Notes under the pieces: generated by a model
Told to the model about the DNA's origin: nothing
The model's database searches: none
What the model saw: only the letters and a program-made list of their open reading frames with translations
Made by a program: the position numbers and the translations under genes
Assembly (NCBI GenBank): GCA_963695725.1
Contig: CAVOHM010000006.1
Coordinates: forward strand, 142,463-206,462
DNA length: 64,000 bases
Reading direction: 5' to 3'
From: an uncultured beta proteobacterium
Lineage (GTDB): Bacteria > Pseudomonadota > Gammaproteobacteria > Burkholderiales > Casimicrobiaceae
Shown here: one piece after another, positions 8,873 through 17,566 of the stretch
Position numbering within the stretch: position 1 is the first letter of the stretch
How the letters are laid out: every line of letters starts with the position of its first letter

Positions 8873-10105
8873 ATGCCCAAGCAATTCCTAAGCGGAAAAA
8901 TCTCCCGGCGTGAACTGTTGCAAATTGCGGGATCCTACGGGTTGACATCGACGCTTTTTGCCGGCGCAACGCTTGGGGGCGCTATCACCGCGTCCAGCCT
9001 CGCCGAGGCAGCAAACTCGATATACACCAAGCGGTTCAAGACCCCGGCAAAGCACACGCTGAAATTCGGCGCATCAGGGTTCAACGAAAACAACCTGCTG
9101 ATCGAACGGGCCGGCTGCCTGGAATTCGTGCGCGATATCGAGGAGCGAACCGACGGCGCGATACGGGTGGAATTTATCGGGTCGAACCAGATCTGCGGCC
9201 AGCTCGACTGCGTGTCGAAGACCCAGCAGGACATCGTCCAAATGTTCGCGGCCTCGACCCAGAATTCCGCCGGCAAGGCGCCGTACTACAACGTGCTCGA
9301 CTACGCCTATATGTTCCCGACCAGGGCATCGGAATATTATTTCCTCTACCATCCGGCGAGTGAGAAGCTTTTCCGCGAGCCTTTGCGCAAGCAGCACAAG
9401 CTGCAGTTCCTGTTTTCCGTTTGCGAGTTGCGAGGCCTTCAGCTTGGCCTCAAGTGGAAAGACAAACCTGATGTCACCAAGATCGAGCAATTGTACGGCA
9501 CGAAGAACCGCGTCACCGGCACGCAGCTTGGCCGGATTGCCATGCAGTTGCTCAACCTGAATCCGGTGCCGATCGCCTGGGAAGAGACGCTGGATGGCCT
9601 CAAGAACGGCCTGATCGACGGCGCCGAGACCTGGCCGTCGGCGGTGGCTTATGCGAATATGTCGCCGGTCGTGTCGCAGTGCATTGACTTGCGGTTCTTC
9701 TCGGGCTTCGAACATACTGCCATGAGCCTGCAGGCGTTCGAAAAGCTCGGCCCGAAGCTGCAGGACGACGTGATGGAGTCTGCGTACTTCACCCAGGCAC
9801 TGATCCAAGGCGCCCACGAAGCGGCGCTGGTCAACACGGTCGGCGCTTCCGTACCCCAATTGCCAAACACGATCTTCGTCAAGAACGGTACCCGCTACGT
9901 TCCGCTCAATGACGCCGAACGACTGAAAGCAGCCAAATTGTGCGCACCGGAATTCGTGCCCAAGCCCTGGGAACAGTGGCGCGAGCGCATCAACGCCTGG
10001 GCCGGCGGTATAGACACCTACTCCGAGATCTATAAGATTGCGCGCGAGATTCCGGCTGACATGCTGGTCGAAAATGTCGAGCCGCGCCGATGGTGGAGGA
10101 CGTAG
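8873..10105 (+). CDS. TRAP-type transporter solute-binding protein (DctP family) with Tat-like signal
   Basis: ORF 8873..10105, 410 aa. It has a signal peptide (SRRELLQIAG...AEA) and a DctP-like body (IRVEFIGSNQICGQLD..., NRVTGTQLGRIAMQLLNLNPVPIAWEETLDGLKNGLIDGAET). No intact dctQM follows it directly. Confidence 0.7.
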   Translation: MPKQFLSGKISRRELLQIAGSYGLTSTLFAGATLGGAITASSLAEAANSIYTKRFKTPAKHTLKFGASGFNENNLLIERAGCLEFVRDIEERTDGAIRVEFIGSNQICGQLDCVSKTQQDIVQMFAASTQNSAGKAPYYNVLDYAYMFPTRASEYYFLYHPASEKLFREPLRKQHKLQFLFSVCELRGLQLGLKWKDKPDVTKIEQLYGTKNRVTGTQLGRIAMQLLNLNPVPIAWEETLDGLKNGLIDGAETWPSAVAYANMSPVVSQCIDLRFFSGFEHTAMSLQAFEKLGPKLQDDVMESAYFTQALIQGAHEAALVNTVGASVPQLPNTIFVKNGTRYVPLNDAERLKAAKLCAPEFVPKPWEQWRERINAWAGGIDTYSEIYKIAREIPADMLVENVEPRRWWRT

Positions 10106-10173
10106 GTCATTCGGTCTCCCTGGAGTTAGATGGCGCGCGCTACTCAAGACGCTGAAGGAGATGGACTGACACG

Positions 10174-10430
10174 ATCCTTCTGACCCCAATCCCGGCTCCG
10201 ATTGCCGCTGGCATCGGAGCCGATCCGATTCACTTCGCCTTCGTCTTTCTCGTCGCCGACGCGATCGGCTTCATTACGCCGCCGTATCGACTCAACCTGT
10301 ACGGCATCAGTGGAGTAATCGGCATCCTATTTCAGATTGGTCAAATGCATCTTCCCCCATTTTGGGGCGCTGATGATCGCATGGATTGTAATCGCTCTTT
10401 TCCGATCCTCTCCGAGGTACTTCTGGCATT
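10174..10430 (+). pseudogene. 3' remnant (about the last 85 codons) of a second TRAP large permease (dctM) gene, frameshifted
   Basis: It translates to ILLTPIPAPIAAGIGADPIHFAFVFLVADAIGFITPPYRLNLYGISGVIGI. After a frame change it reads YFRLVKCIFPHFGALMIAWIVIALF. This parallels the end of the intact DctM at 14740-14995 (IFAPILAPIAVAAGVDPFHFAVIFLIGDAIGFITPPYGLNLY...YLQLVKPVMPYFIALTIAWIIVALW). By eye the DNA identity is high but not exact. Confidence 0.7.
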
Positions 10431-10553
10431 TGGCGGAGCAGGGGTTTATCAGATCGGAAAATAGCTGCGGATTCGCCGGTGGGCGGGAAGCAGACAAGTG
10501 GCAGTACGGGCAACCGGAAGGCCGTGACGCGACACGCAAAGGATCATCCAGCA

Positions 10554-12095
10554 ATGCAGACGAAACAAATAACTTCGGCGAAGGCTTTCGACCTTGTGCC
10601 GGACGCTCTGGAAGCCGCGCACAGGTTGTCGGGCAAGGTGCTCGTAGGTGGCGCTTTGCGCCCGCCCGTCACGTCTGACCGATTCGACGTTATCCATCCC
10701 GGCGACCGCAGCAAGATCGGCGAGGCGCCGCGTTGCGCCGGGGCTGATGTCGATGCGGCGGTAGCCGCTGCCAAGGGGGCATTGTCGGGCTGGCGGCGGA
10801 TGCCAGCGCGCGAGCGCGGCCGCATGTTGCAGAAAGCAGCCGACCGCGTTGAGGCGGAAACTGGCCTTGTCGAACGCCTGCTCGCGTTGGACACCGGCAA
10901 TGCCCTGCGGACACAGGCGCGGCCCGAAACGGCGTCATCCATCGACCTGTTACGCATGTTTGGCGGTCTTGCCGGCGAGCTCAAGGGCGAGACCGTGCCG
11001 GCATCAAGTCCCGGCGTGTTGCACTACACCACCCGCGATCCGATTGGCGTCGTCGCCGGCATCATTCCATGGAACGCGCCCCTGTTCCTGTTCGTTGCCA
11101 AGATCGCGCCGGCGCTTGCCGCCGGCAACACAGTCGTCGTCAAGACAGCCGAACAGGCGCCCTTCTGCGTTTTGCTGATGGCCGAAATCATCAACAAGGA
11201 CCTTCCCGCAGGCGTTCTCAACGTCATCTCGGGCTTCGGTGAGGAATGCGGCAAGCCGCTGTGTCAGCACCCCGACGTGCGCAAGGTAACATTCACCGGG
11301 TCGTTGCCGGTGGGGCAAGCCATTGCCGGTTATGCCGCGCCGAAGCTCTGTCCGGTGACCCTGGAGCTAGGCGGCAAGAACCCCTCGATCGTGCTTGCCG
11401 ACGCCGATCTCGATCTGGCGATCCCCGGCATCATCGATGGCATGCGCTATACGCGCCAAGGCCAGGCCTGCACGGCCGGTACGCGAATCTTCATTCATCA
11501 CAGGATCTATGATGAGGTCATTGAGGGTGTTGTCGAACGGCTTCGCAAACTGAAGCTGGGCAATCCCCTCGACGAAGCAACGGATATGGGCGCCATCATC
11601 TCCGATGAGCAGTTGCAGCGAACGATAGATTACATGGACATCGCCCTCGGCACGCCGGGGGTCCGCGTGCTCCACGGGGGCGCCCGGCCCAAAGACTCCT
11701 ATCTGGCGAATGGCATCTTCTACCCGGCGACACTGCTCGACGGCATTCCGCTCTCATCACCCGTCTGCCGGGACGAGATATTCGGGCCGGTCGCGACTGC
11801 TTCACCGTTCAGCGACTTCGACGACCTCATCGAGCGAGCCAATGACACGCCCTACGGTTTGGCGGCGAACCTGTGGACCCGGGATCTGGCACGTGCGCTG
11901 GACTACGTTGATCGGATCGAAGCTGGATTCGTGCAGGTCAATCAATGTGTCGCGCCGCGCTCCAACGTCTCCTATGGCGGGATGAAAATGAGCGGCCTGG
12001 GCAAGGAGTACGCCCTGGAAAGCATGATCAATCACTTTACTTTTTCAAAGACGGTTCTGATCAACCGGGGAACACCCGGACCGGCCGCGAAATAG
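10554..12095 (+). CDS. NAD(P)+-dependent aldehyde dehydrogenase
   Basis: Internal ATG of ORF 10479..12095, 513 aa. It carries VTLELGGKNP, the catalytic Cys context QGQACTAGTR and EIFGPV. Confidence 0.9.
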   Translation: MQTKQITSAKAFDLVPDALEAAHRLSGKVLVGGALRPPVTSDRFDVIHPGDRSKIGEAPRCAGADVDAAVAAAKGALSGWRRMPARERGRMLQKAADRVEAETGLVERLLALDTGNALRTQARPETASSIDLLRMFGGLAGELKGETVPASSPGVLHYTTRDPIGVVAGIIPWNAPLFLFVAKIAPALAAGNTVVVKTAEQAPFCVLLMAEIINKDLPAGVLNVISGFGEECGKPLCQHPDVRKVTFTGSLPVGQAIAGYAAPKLCPVTLELGGKNPSIVLADADLDLAIPGIIDGMRYTRQGQACTAGTRIFIHHRIYDEVIEGVVERLRKLKLGNPLDEATDMGAIISDEQLQRTIDYMDIALGTPGVRVLHGGARPKDSYLANGIFYPATLLDGIPLSSPVCRDEIFGPVATASPFSDFDDLIERANDTPYGLAANLWTRDLARALDYVDRIEAGFVQVNQCVAPRSNVSYGGMKMSGLGKEYALESMINHFTFSKTVLINRGTPGPAAK

Positions 12096-12113
12096 ATAGC
12101 CAAGGGAAGACGC

Positions 12114-13034
12114 ATGTCGGAAACCATCGGATTCATCGGCCTGGGCAACATGGGGATGCCCATGAGCGGACAGTTGATGAAGGCGGGCTACAAGGTCCGC
12201 GCCTATGACGTGTCACCAGAAGCGTCGAGCCGCGCCAAAGTCTTGGGCGCGGCTATTGCGACCTCGATCGCGGATGCCGCAGATGGCGCATCCGTGGTCG
12301 TCACTATGCTGCCGGCGGGTGAGCATGTGCGGTCGGCATATCTCGGACCCGACGGGCTGATCGCAGCTGCAAAGCCCGGTACGCTCCTCATTGAAAGTTC
12401 GACGATCGACATCGATACTTCCCGGTTTGTTGGCAAGCAGGCAGCGGCCGCCGGTCTTGAACTGCTTGATGCGCCGGTGACCGGCGGCGTAATGGCTGCG
12501 CGGATCGGGAAACTGAATTTCATTGTCGGCGGCACGCCGGAAGCCTTTGAGCGCGCCAAGCCCGTCCTTGGTGCCATGGGAAAGAACCTGCTCTACGCCG
12601 GCGCTCAAGGCAGTGGTATTGGTGTCAAGATCTGCAACAACATGGCGCTCGGCATTTCGATGATCGCCGCAGCCGAGGCGTTGATGATGGCCAAGCGCCT
12701 TGATCTTGACGTCAAGCGTACCCACGAGATCATCTCGAACTCCTCGGGCCAGAATTGGGCTCTCAGCAACTATTGCCCCTTGCCAGACCTGATAGACGGC
12801 GTGCCGTCCAACAATGGCTACAAGCCCGGCTTTACCGCCGCGATGATGCAGAAAGATCTCCGCCTCGCGATGGACGCCGCCAGATCCGTGGACGCCAATA
12901 CGCCTCTGGGCGCGGCTGCCCTTGGTATCTACTCGTTATTCTGCTCCAACGGTGACAGCCAGACAGACTATTCCGGAATTTCCAAACTGATCGGCGGCGA
13001 TGCCTGGGACTATCGGTTCGATCCATCGCCTTGA
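12114..13034 (+). CDS. 3-hydroxyisobutyrate-dehydrogenase-family beta-hydroxyacid dehydrogenase
   Basis: ORF 12114..13034, 306 aa. It carries IGFIGLGNMGMPM, DAPVTGG and GSGIGVKICNN, typical of MmsB/YihU-type enzymes. Confidence 0.9.
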   Translation: MSETIGFIGLGNMGMPMSGQLMKAGYKVRAYDVSPEASSRAKVLGAAIATSIADAADGASVVVTMLPAGEHVRSAYLGPDGLIAAAKPGTLLIESSTIDIDTSRFVGKQAAAAGLELLDAPVTGGVMAARIGKLNFIVGGTPEAFERAKPVLGAMGKNLLYAGAQGSGIGVKICNNMALGISMIAAAEALMMAKRLDLDVKRTHEIISNSSGQNWALSNYCPLPDLIDGVPSNNGYKPGFTAAMMQKDLRLAMDAARSVDANTPLGAAALGIYSLFCSNGDSQTDYSGISKLIGGDAWDYRFDPSP

Positions 13035-13175
13035 TGAGCATCTCCGCATGTCCGGCCCATGTCGTCGGGCAACCGGCGGTCGATATCGGAACAGTCCGTC
13101 GATCACGGTTCGGTTGGCCCAATTGACCCAACCCGTCCCCGGCAGCTCGTAGTCCAACTACACCAGGAGTCCGCT

Positions 13176-13703
13176 ATGGGGGTGATCATCGGCGCGCTGC
13201 GCTGGCTCGACCGCAATCTGGAGAAGACCGTCATCCTGATCGCCTACTCGACGATGGCGCTGATCATCGTCATGGCCGTCGTTCAGCGGTATTTCTTCAG
13301 CTACCAGTCGCCGTGGTCCAGCACCATCACGATCTACCTCTTTCTCTGGGTGACCTGGATGGGCGCTTCGTACAACACCAAGCTGCGCGCGCACCTCGCG
13401 TTCAGCGAGCTGCGCGAGCGCTTTCCCTACAGGGCGCAGTTCGCGTGCCTGGTGCTCGATGCGCTGCTGTGGGTCGTCTTCGGACTGCTGGTGTCCTATT
13501 ACACCTTCGAGCAGGTCAAGCTCGTCCACGACAACTTCGCCATCGTCCCGGGCACCGATAACGTGATGCAGTGGTGGTTCTACCTGGCGACGCCGCTCGC
13601 CTGGACGCTGCTGATCTTCCGCGCCATGCAGAACCTGTACGAGGATTGGCAGACCTTCGGCCGCGGCGACGCGTTCCGGCACCAGATCACGCTCGGAAAC
13701 TGA
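13176..13703 (+). CDS. dctQ: TRAP transporter small permease (DctQ)
   Basis: Internal ATG of ORF 13059..13703 with CAGGAG upstream, 175 aa. It has four hydrophobic segments and sits directly upstream of dctM. Confidence 0.85.
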   Translation: MGVIIGALRWLDRNLEKTVILIAYSTMALIIVMAVVQRYFFSYQSPWSSTITIYLFLWVTWMGASYNTKLRAHLAFSELRERFPYRAQFACLVLDALLWVVFGLLVSYYTFEQVKLVHDNFAIVPGTDNVMQWWFYLATPLAWTLLIFRAMQNLYEDWQTFGRGDAFRHQITLGN

Positions 13704-13714
13704 AGGACTGAGCC

Positions 13715-14995
13715 ATGGGCGATGGAACCCTGATTGCGCTGGTCTCGGTCGTGACGGTGATCTTCTTCGTCATCGGCGTGCCGATCTTCCTGGTGATCGG
13801 CCTGTGGGTGGTCGGCGTCAGCCTGGTGATCGATTTCACCCTCGCCAACCTGGGCGTCACGCTGTTCGAGGGCCTGAATTTCTTCGGGCTGCTTGCGCTG
13901 CCGCTGTTCATACTCACCGGCGACCTCATCAACGCCGCGGGCATCGCCAAACGCCTGGCCGATTTTGCGTACTCGGCGCTGGGGTGGATTCGCGGCGGTC
14001 TGGCGATGTCGACCATCGGTGCGTGCGGACTGTTCGCGGCGATTTCCGGGTCCAACTCGGCGACGACGGCGACCATAGGCTCGATCATGCATCCGGAGAT
14101 GGTCAAGGGCGGCTATCCACCGCGCTTCGCCGCGGCCACGGCCGCCGCCGGCGGCACGGTGGGCATTATCATTCCGCCCAGCATCATCTTCATCGTCTAC
14201 GGATTCCTGATGAACCTGTCGATCAGCGACCTGTTCATCGCCGGCTTGTTCCCCGGGATCCTGATGGTCGTGCTGATGATGCTGGCGGCCTACCTCGTCG
14301 CCAGGACCACCGGCTGGGGGCACCTCATCAAATTCGAGCCGAAGCGCGTGATGCAGACCGGGCTGCGCGCATACCTCGGCTTCGTCGCCATCCTGATCGT
14401 CGTCTACGGCGTCTATTCCGGCGCGTTCTCGCCCACCGAGGCGGCCGGCGTCACCGTCGGCTTCTGCCTGCTGGCCGGCCTGTTCGTCACCCGCGAGCTG
14501 AAGTGGAAGAGCCTGCCCGCCGTCATCCTGCGCTCGGGGACGCTCACCGGCATGCTGGCGCCGATGGTCGCCGTCTCCATCGTCATGCAGCAGGTTCTGT
14601 CGCTGCTCGGTGCGAAGGAGTTCTTCACCGATCTCGTCAACAGTCTGGGCGGCGGCTACTACACCGCGATCTTCGCCAGCATGGCCATCGTGCTCGTCGC
14701 CGGCTGCATTCTCGAGAGCCTGCCCGACACGGTGATCTTCGCGCCGATCCTGGCGCCGATCGCGGTGGCGGCCGGCGTCGACCCGTTCCACTTCGCCGTC
14801 ATCTTCCTGATCGGCGACGCGATCGGTTTCATCACGCCACCCTATGGCCTGAATCTCTACGTGGCGAGCGCGGTGACGCAGATTCCCTACCTGCAGCTGG
14901 TGAAGCCGGTGATGCCATATTTCATTGCGCTGACGATCGCGTGGATCATCGTCGCGCTCTGGCCGGCGCTGTCCATCGGTCTGATTCGGCATTAG
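13715..14995 (+). CDS. dctM: TRAP transporter large permease (DctM)
   Basis: ORF 13715..14995, 426 aa, a polytopic membrane protein with DctM hallmarks (LPLFILTGDLIN, GIIIPPSI, GFITPPYGLNLY). Confidence 0.9.
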   Translation: MGDGTLIALVSVVTVIFFVIGVPIFLVIGLWVVGVSLVIDFTLANLGVTLFEGLNFFGLLALPLFILTGDLINAAGIAKRLADFAYSALGWIRGGLAMSTIGACGLFAAISGSNSATTATIGSIMHPEMVKGGYPPRFAAATAAAGGTVGIIIPPSIIFIVYGFLMNLSISDLFIAGLFPGILMVVLMMLAAYLVARTTGWGHLIKFEPKRVMQTGLRAYLGFVAILIVVYGVYSGAFSPTEAAGVTVGFCLLAGLFVTRELKWKSLPAVILRSGTLTGMLAPMVAVSIVMQQVLSLLGAKEFFTDLVNSLGGGYYTAIFASMAIVLVAGCILESLPDTVIFAPILAPIAVAAGVDPFHFAVIFLIGDAIGFITPPYGLNLYVASAVTQIPYLQLVKPVMPYFIALTIAWIIVALWPALSIGLIRH

Positions 14996-15046
14996 GCAAC
15001 GGGGGCGTCGACGGCCCGCAGCGAATCGGTTCGCCGGCATGGTGAA

Positions 15047-15832
15047 GTGTCCACCTCCGGCATCCCGGCGGTGGGCACGCCGACCGGATCGGCGATCGTG
15101 CGGGTGCTGGGAGTGCTGGAGTTTGCCGGCGCGTCGGAGCGACCAGTGGCGCTGGCCGACGCCATGGCGGCCACCGCGCTGCCCAAGCTGACGGCGCATC
15201 GCATCCTGACCATGCTTGAGCGCGAACGGATGTTGCAGCGGGAGCCCGACGGCAAGCGGTACGTAGCGGGGCCCCGGCTATCGGCGCTGGCCCTGGGCGC
15301 GATGCGGAGCGCATCGCAGCGGGGTCCACGCCATGCGATTCTGCAGGCGCTCGTCGAGGAAATCAACGAAACCTGCAACTTCACCACCTTCGACGGCCAT
15401 GAGGTCGTCTACCTCGATCGGGTCGAAGCGCAGTGGCCGCTGCGCATGATCCTGCAACCTGGCTCCCGCGTGCCATTGCATTGCACCGCCAGCGGCAAGC
15501 TGTTCCTCAGCCTGCTGCCGCCGCGCAAGCGAACGCGGCTGATCTCTGCGGTGGGGCTGAAGCGCTACACGGAAAACACCATCACCAGCCGCAAGCGTTT
15601 CGAACGGGCGCTTGACCGGATTCGCGACGAAAGGGTGGGAACGGACGACGAGGAATTCCTTGCCGAGCTTTCGGCGATATCGGTACCCGTGCTTGATCGG
15701 TATGGGTATGCGTGTGCGGCCGTTGCAGTGCACGCGCCCACGGCCCGCATGACGATCGCCGAAGCGCGGGGTCACCTGCCGGTCCTTCGCCGCGCCGCCA
15801 CTGCGCTGGCGGCGACGTGCGTTGACGACTGA
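15047..15832 (+). CDS. IclR-family transcriptional regulator (paralog 1)
   Basis: GTG-start ORF 15047..15832. It has an N-terminal wHTH and the IclR effector domain (GSRVPLHCTASGKLFLS). It is a paralog of the regulator at 16705..17532. Confidence 0.85.
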   Translation: MSTSGIPAVGTPTGSAIVRVLGVLEFAGASERPVALADAMAATALPKLTAHRILTMLERERMLQREPDGKRYVAGPRLSALALGAMRSASQRGPRHAILQALVEEINETCNFTTFDGHEVVYLDRVEAQWPLRMILQPGSRVPLHCTASGKLFLSLLPPRKRTRLISAVGLKRYTENTITSRKRFERALDRIRDERVGTDDEEFLAELSAISVPVLDRYGYACAAVAVHAPTARMTIAEARGHLPVLRRAATALAATCVDD

Positions 15833-15856
15833 GCGAGTCAGCAGCGCCATCGACCG

Positions 15857-16633
15857 ATGCTTGATCCGGGCACGTGGACTTCGTTCCACTACGCTCTCGC
15901 CATCGTCGTGATGGCGTTGGCGGGCTTCGTTCACGGCGCACTTGGGCTGGGTTTCCCGCTCGTGGCCACACCGCTGCTGGCGCTGGTCACCGACGTCAAG
16001 ACCGCCATCGTCTGCACGCTGCTGCCGGCGCTGACGGCGATCGTCATCTCCGTCGTCAAGGGCGGGCGTCCGATGGCGGTGGTCCGCCAATACTGGACTC
16101 TTCCAGTGTACATGATCGCCGGCAGCTACCTCGGCGCGCGGCTGCTCGTCGCCAGCAACCCGACGCCGTTCCTGCTCATGCTCGCGTTCTCGATCCTGGC
16201 CTACCTCAATCTGCAGCGGATGCAGGTCGTGGCGGCCCGCTTGATCGGCGTCCATCAAGGCGTTGCGCGGGCCGCGTTCGGCCTTGCCGCCGGCGTGTTC
16301 GAGAGCACCGCTAACGTCTCTGCGCCTGTGCTGCTGATCTTTTTCCTCTCGACCAACCTGCCGTCGGTGGCGCTCGTGCAGGCACTCAATTTGTGCTTCC
16401 TGGCCGGAAAGACCAGCCAAAGCCTCACGCTGGCCTACGGCGGCGGGATTCCCGCCGGCGTTTGGGTGTCGACACTGCCGTTTGCGGCGGTCGGCGCCGC
16501 CGGCCTCCTCACGGGAATCCGCGTCCGCAGTCGAATCGACGCTGAGACCTACCGCGCCTGGCTCAAGCGCGCGCTGTGGGTGATCGCTGCACTGCTCATC
16601 GGCCAATTCGCCTTGCGTGTTGCGGGCGACTGA
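15857..16633 (+). CDS. tauE: TauE/SafE (TSUP, DUF81) family sulfite/anion exporter
   Basis: ORF 15857..16633, 258 aa. It has about 8 TM segments and the duplicated G-rich motifs typical of TSUP proteins (GFVHGALGLGFPLVATPLL; GLAAGVFESTANVSAPVLLIF). Confidence 0.8.
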   Translation: MLDPGTWTSFHYALAIVVMALAGFVHGALGLGFPLVATPLLALVTDVKTAIVCTLLPALTAIVISVVKGGRPMAVVRQYWTLPVYMIAGSYLGARLLVASNPTPFLLMLAFSILAYLNLQRMQVVAARLIGVHQGVARAAFGLAAGVFESTANVSAPVLLIFFLSTNLPSVALVQALNLCFLAGKTSQSLTLAYGGGIPAGVWVSTLPFAAVGAAGLLTGIRVRSRIDAETYRAWLKRALWVIAALLIGQFALRVAGD

Positions 16634-16704
16634 CGTTTGCGTATTGGTTTGCGAATCCGGTGTCCGCACGCCCCGCGACGGCGCGGCGGCAAACGTCGTC
16701 GCGC

Positions 16705-17532
16705 TCAGCGTTTCGAGTTGCGCCGCCCCGATGTGGAAGCGTCAACGCGTGGCGATGTCGCGACGCGCTCCGGATCAAAGGTCGGCCCCAGCGCGGCGGC
16801 AGCGCGCCGCAGCGACGGGAGGTGATCGAGCGCCGCCGCTAGAGGCATCCGCGCCACCGGCGCATGCACGGCGACGGACGCGACCACGCGGCCGTCGGCG
16901 GTGACAACCGGGACGGCGACGCAGACCAGTCCCGCGAGGTATTCCTCGTTGTCGGTCGCCACTCTCTCCCGCCGCACGCGCGCGAGTTCGTCGGCGAAAC
17001 GGCATCGATCGACAATCGTCCGGTCGGTAAACCGCGGCAGCGGGAGCGCGTCGACGATTCGCTTGCGCCGGCCGGCGGGCAGCAGCGCGAGCAGCAGCTT
17101 GCCGCTCGCGGTGCAGTGCAGCGGCACGCGGGATCCGGGCTGCAAGGTCATGCGCAGCGGCCACGCGCTCTCGACGCGATCGAGATAGACCACCTCGGCG
17201 CCTTCGATGGTCGTCAGGTTGCAGGTCTCCGCGACCTCGCGGGCGAGTTGCTGCAGGATCGCGCGACGCGGGCCGCGCGCGACGCCGTTGCGAAGTACAT
17301 CGAGGGCGAGGCGGGTGAGCCGCGGACCGGCGACCACGCGGCGTCCCTCGGGTTCGCGCGATACGAGCCCGGCATCCTCCAGCGTCGCCAGCATCCGGTA
17401 GACGGTGGGTTTCGGCAGTCCGGCCCCCGCCGTAACAGCATTGAGAGTTATTGGGGCATCGGCGGCGACGATGCGTTCGAGCAGCGCAAAGGTGCGCAAC
17501 AGTGGTGAGTCCCGGTCGATCTTTGCCGCCAT
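16705..17532 (-). CDS. IclR-family transcriptional regulator (paralog 2), divergent from xsc
   Basis: ORF 16705..17568, with the start placed at the second Met (17532, MAAKIDRDSPLLRTF..). It shares long identical stretches with paralog 1 (ETCN.TT..G.EVVYLDRVE..WPLRM.LQPGSRVPLHCTASGKL). Confidence 0.85.
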   Translation of the reverse strand: MAAKIDRDSPLLRTFALLERIVAADAPITLNAVTAGAGLPKPTVYRMLATLEDAGLVSREPEGRRVVAGPRLTRLALDVLRNGVARGPRRAILQQLAREVAETCNLTTIEGAEVVYLDRVESAWPLRMTLQPGSRVPLHCTASGKLLLALLPAGRRKRIVDALPLPRFTDRTIVDRCRFADELARVRRERVATDNEEYLAGLVCVAVPVVTADGRVVASVAVHAPVARMPLAAALDHLPSLRRAAAALGPTFDPERVATSPRVDASTSGRRNSKR

Positions 17533-17549
17533 GATGTAAACGTTATCTC

Positions 17550-17566
17550 GAAATATGGAATATTTC
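17550..17566. promoter_or_regulatory. Perfect palindrome GAAATAT-GGA-ATATTTC in the IclR/xsc divergent promoter region (candidate IclR operator)
   Basis: Read directly: 7-bp arms with a 3-bp spacer, in the AT-rich 122-nt gap between 17532 and 17655. Confidence 0.45.

Noticed and set aside
8700-8969. Short ORFs in the SDR / binding-protein intergenic region.
   Set aside because: They overlap the ends of well-supported genes and have no independent support.
10307-10697. Small ORFs (68-113 aa, both strands) between the dctM remnant and the aldehyde dehydrogenase gene.
   Set aside because: They overlap the decayed dctM 3' fragment or the aldehyde dehydrogenase leader. They have no SD or family resemblance and look like by-products of pseudogene sequence.
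13580-15199. 539-aa minus-strand ORF and 413-aa plus-strand ORF overlapping dctM.
   Set aside because: The 13715..14995 frame encodes a textbook DctM. The alternatives are charged, low-complexity translations incompatible with a real protein.
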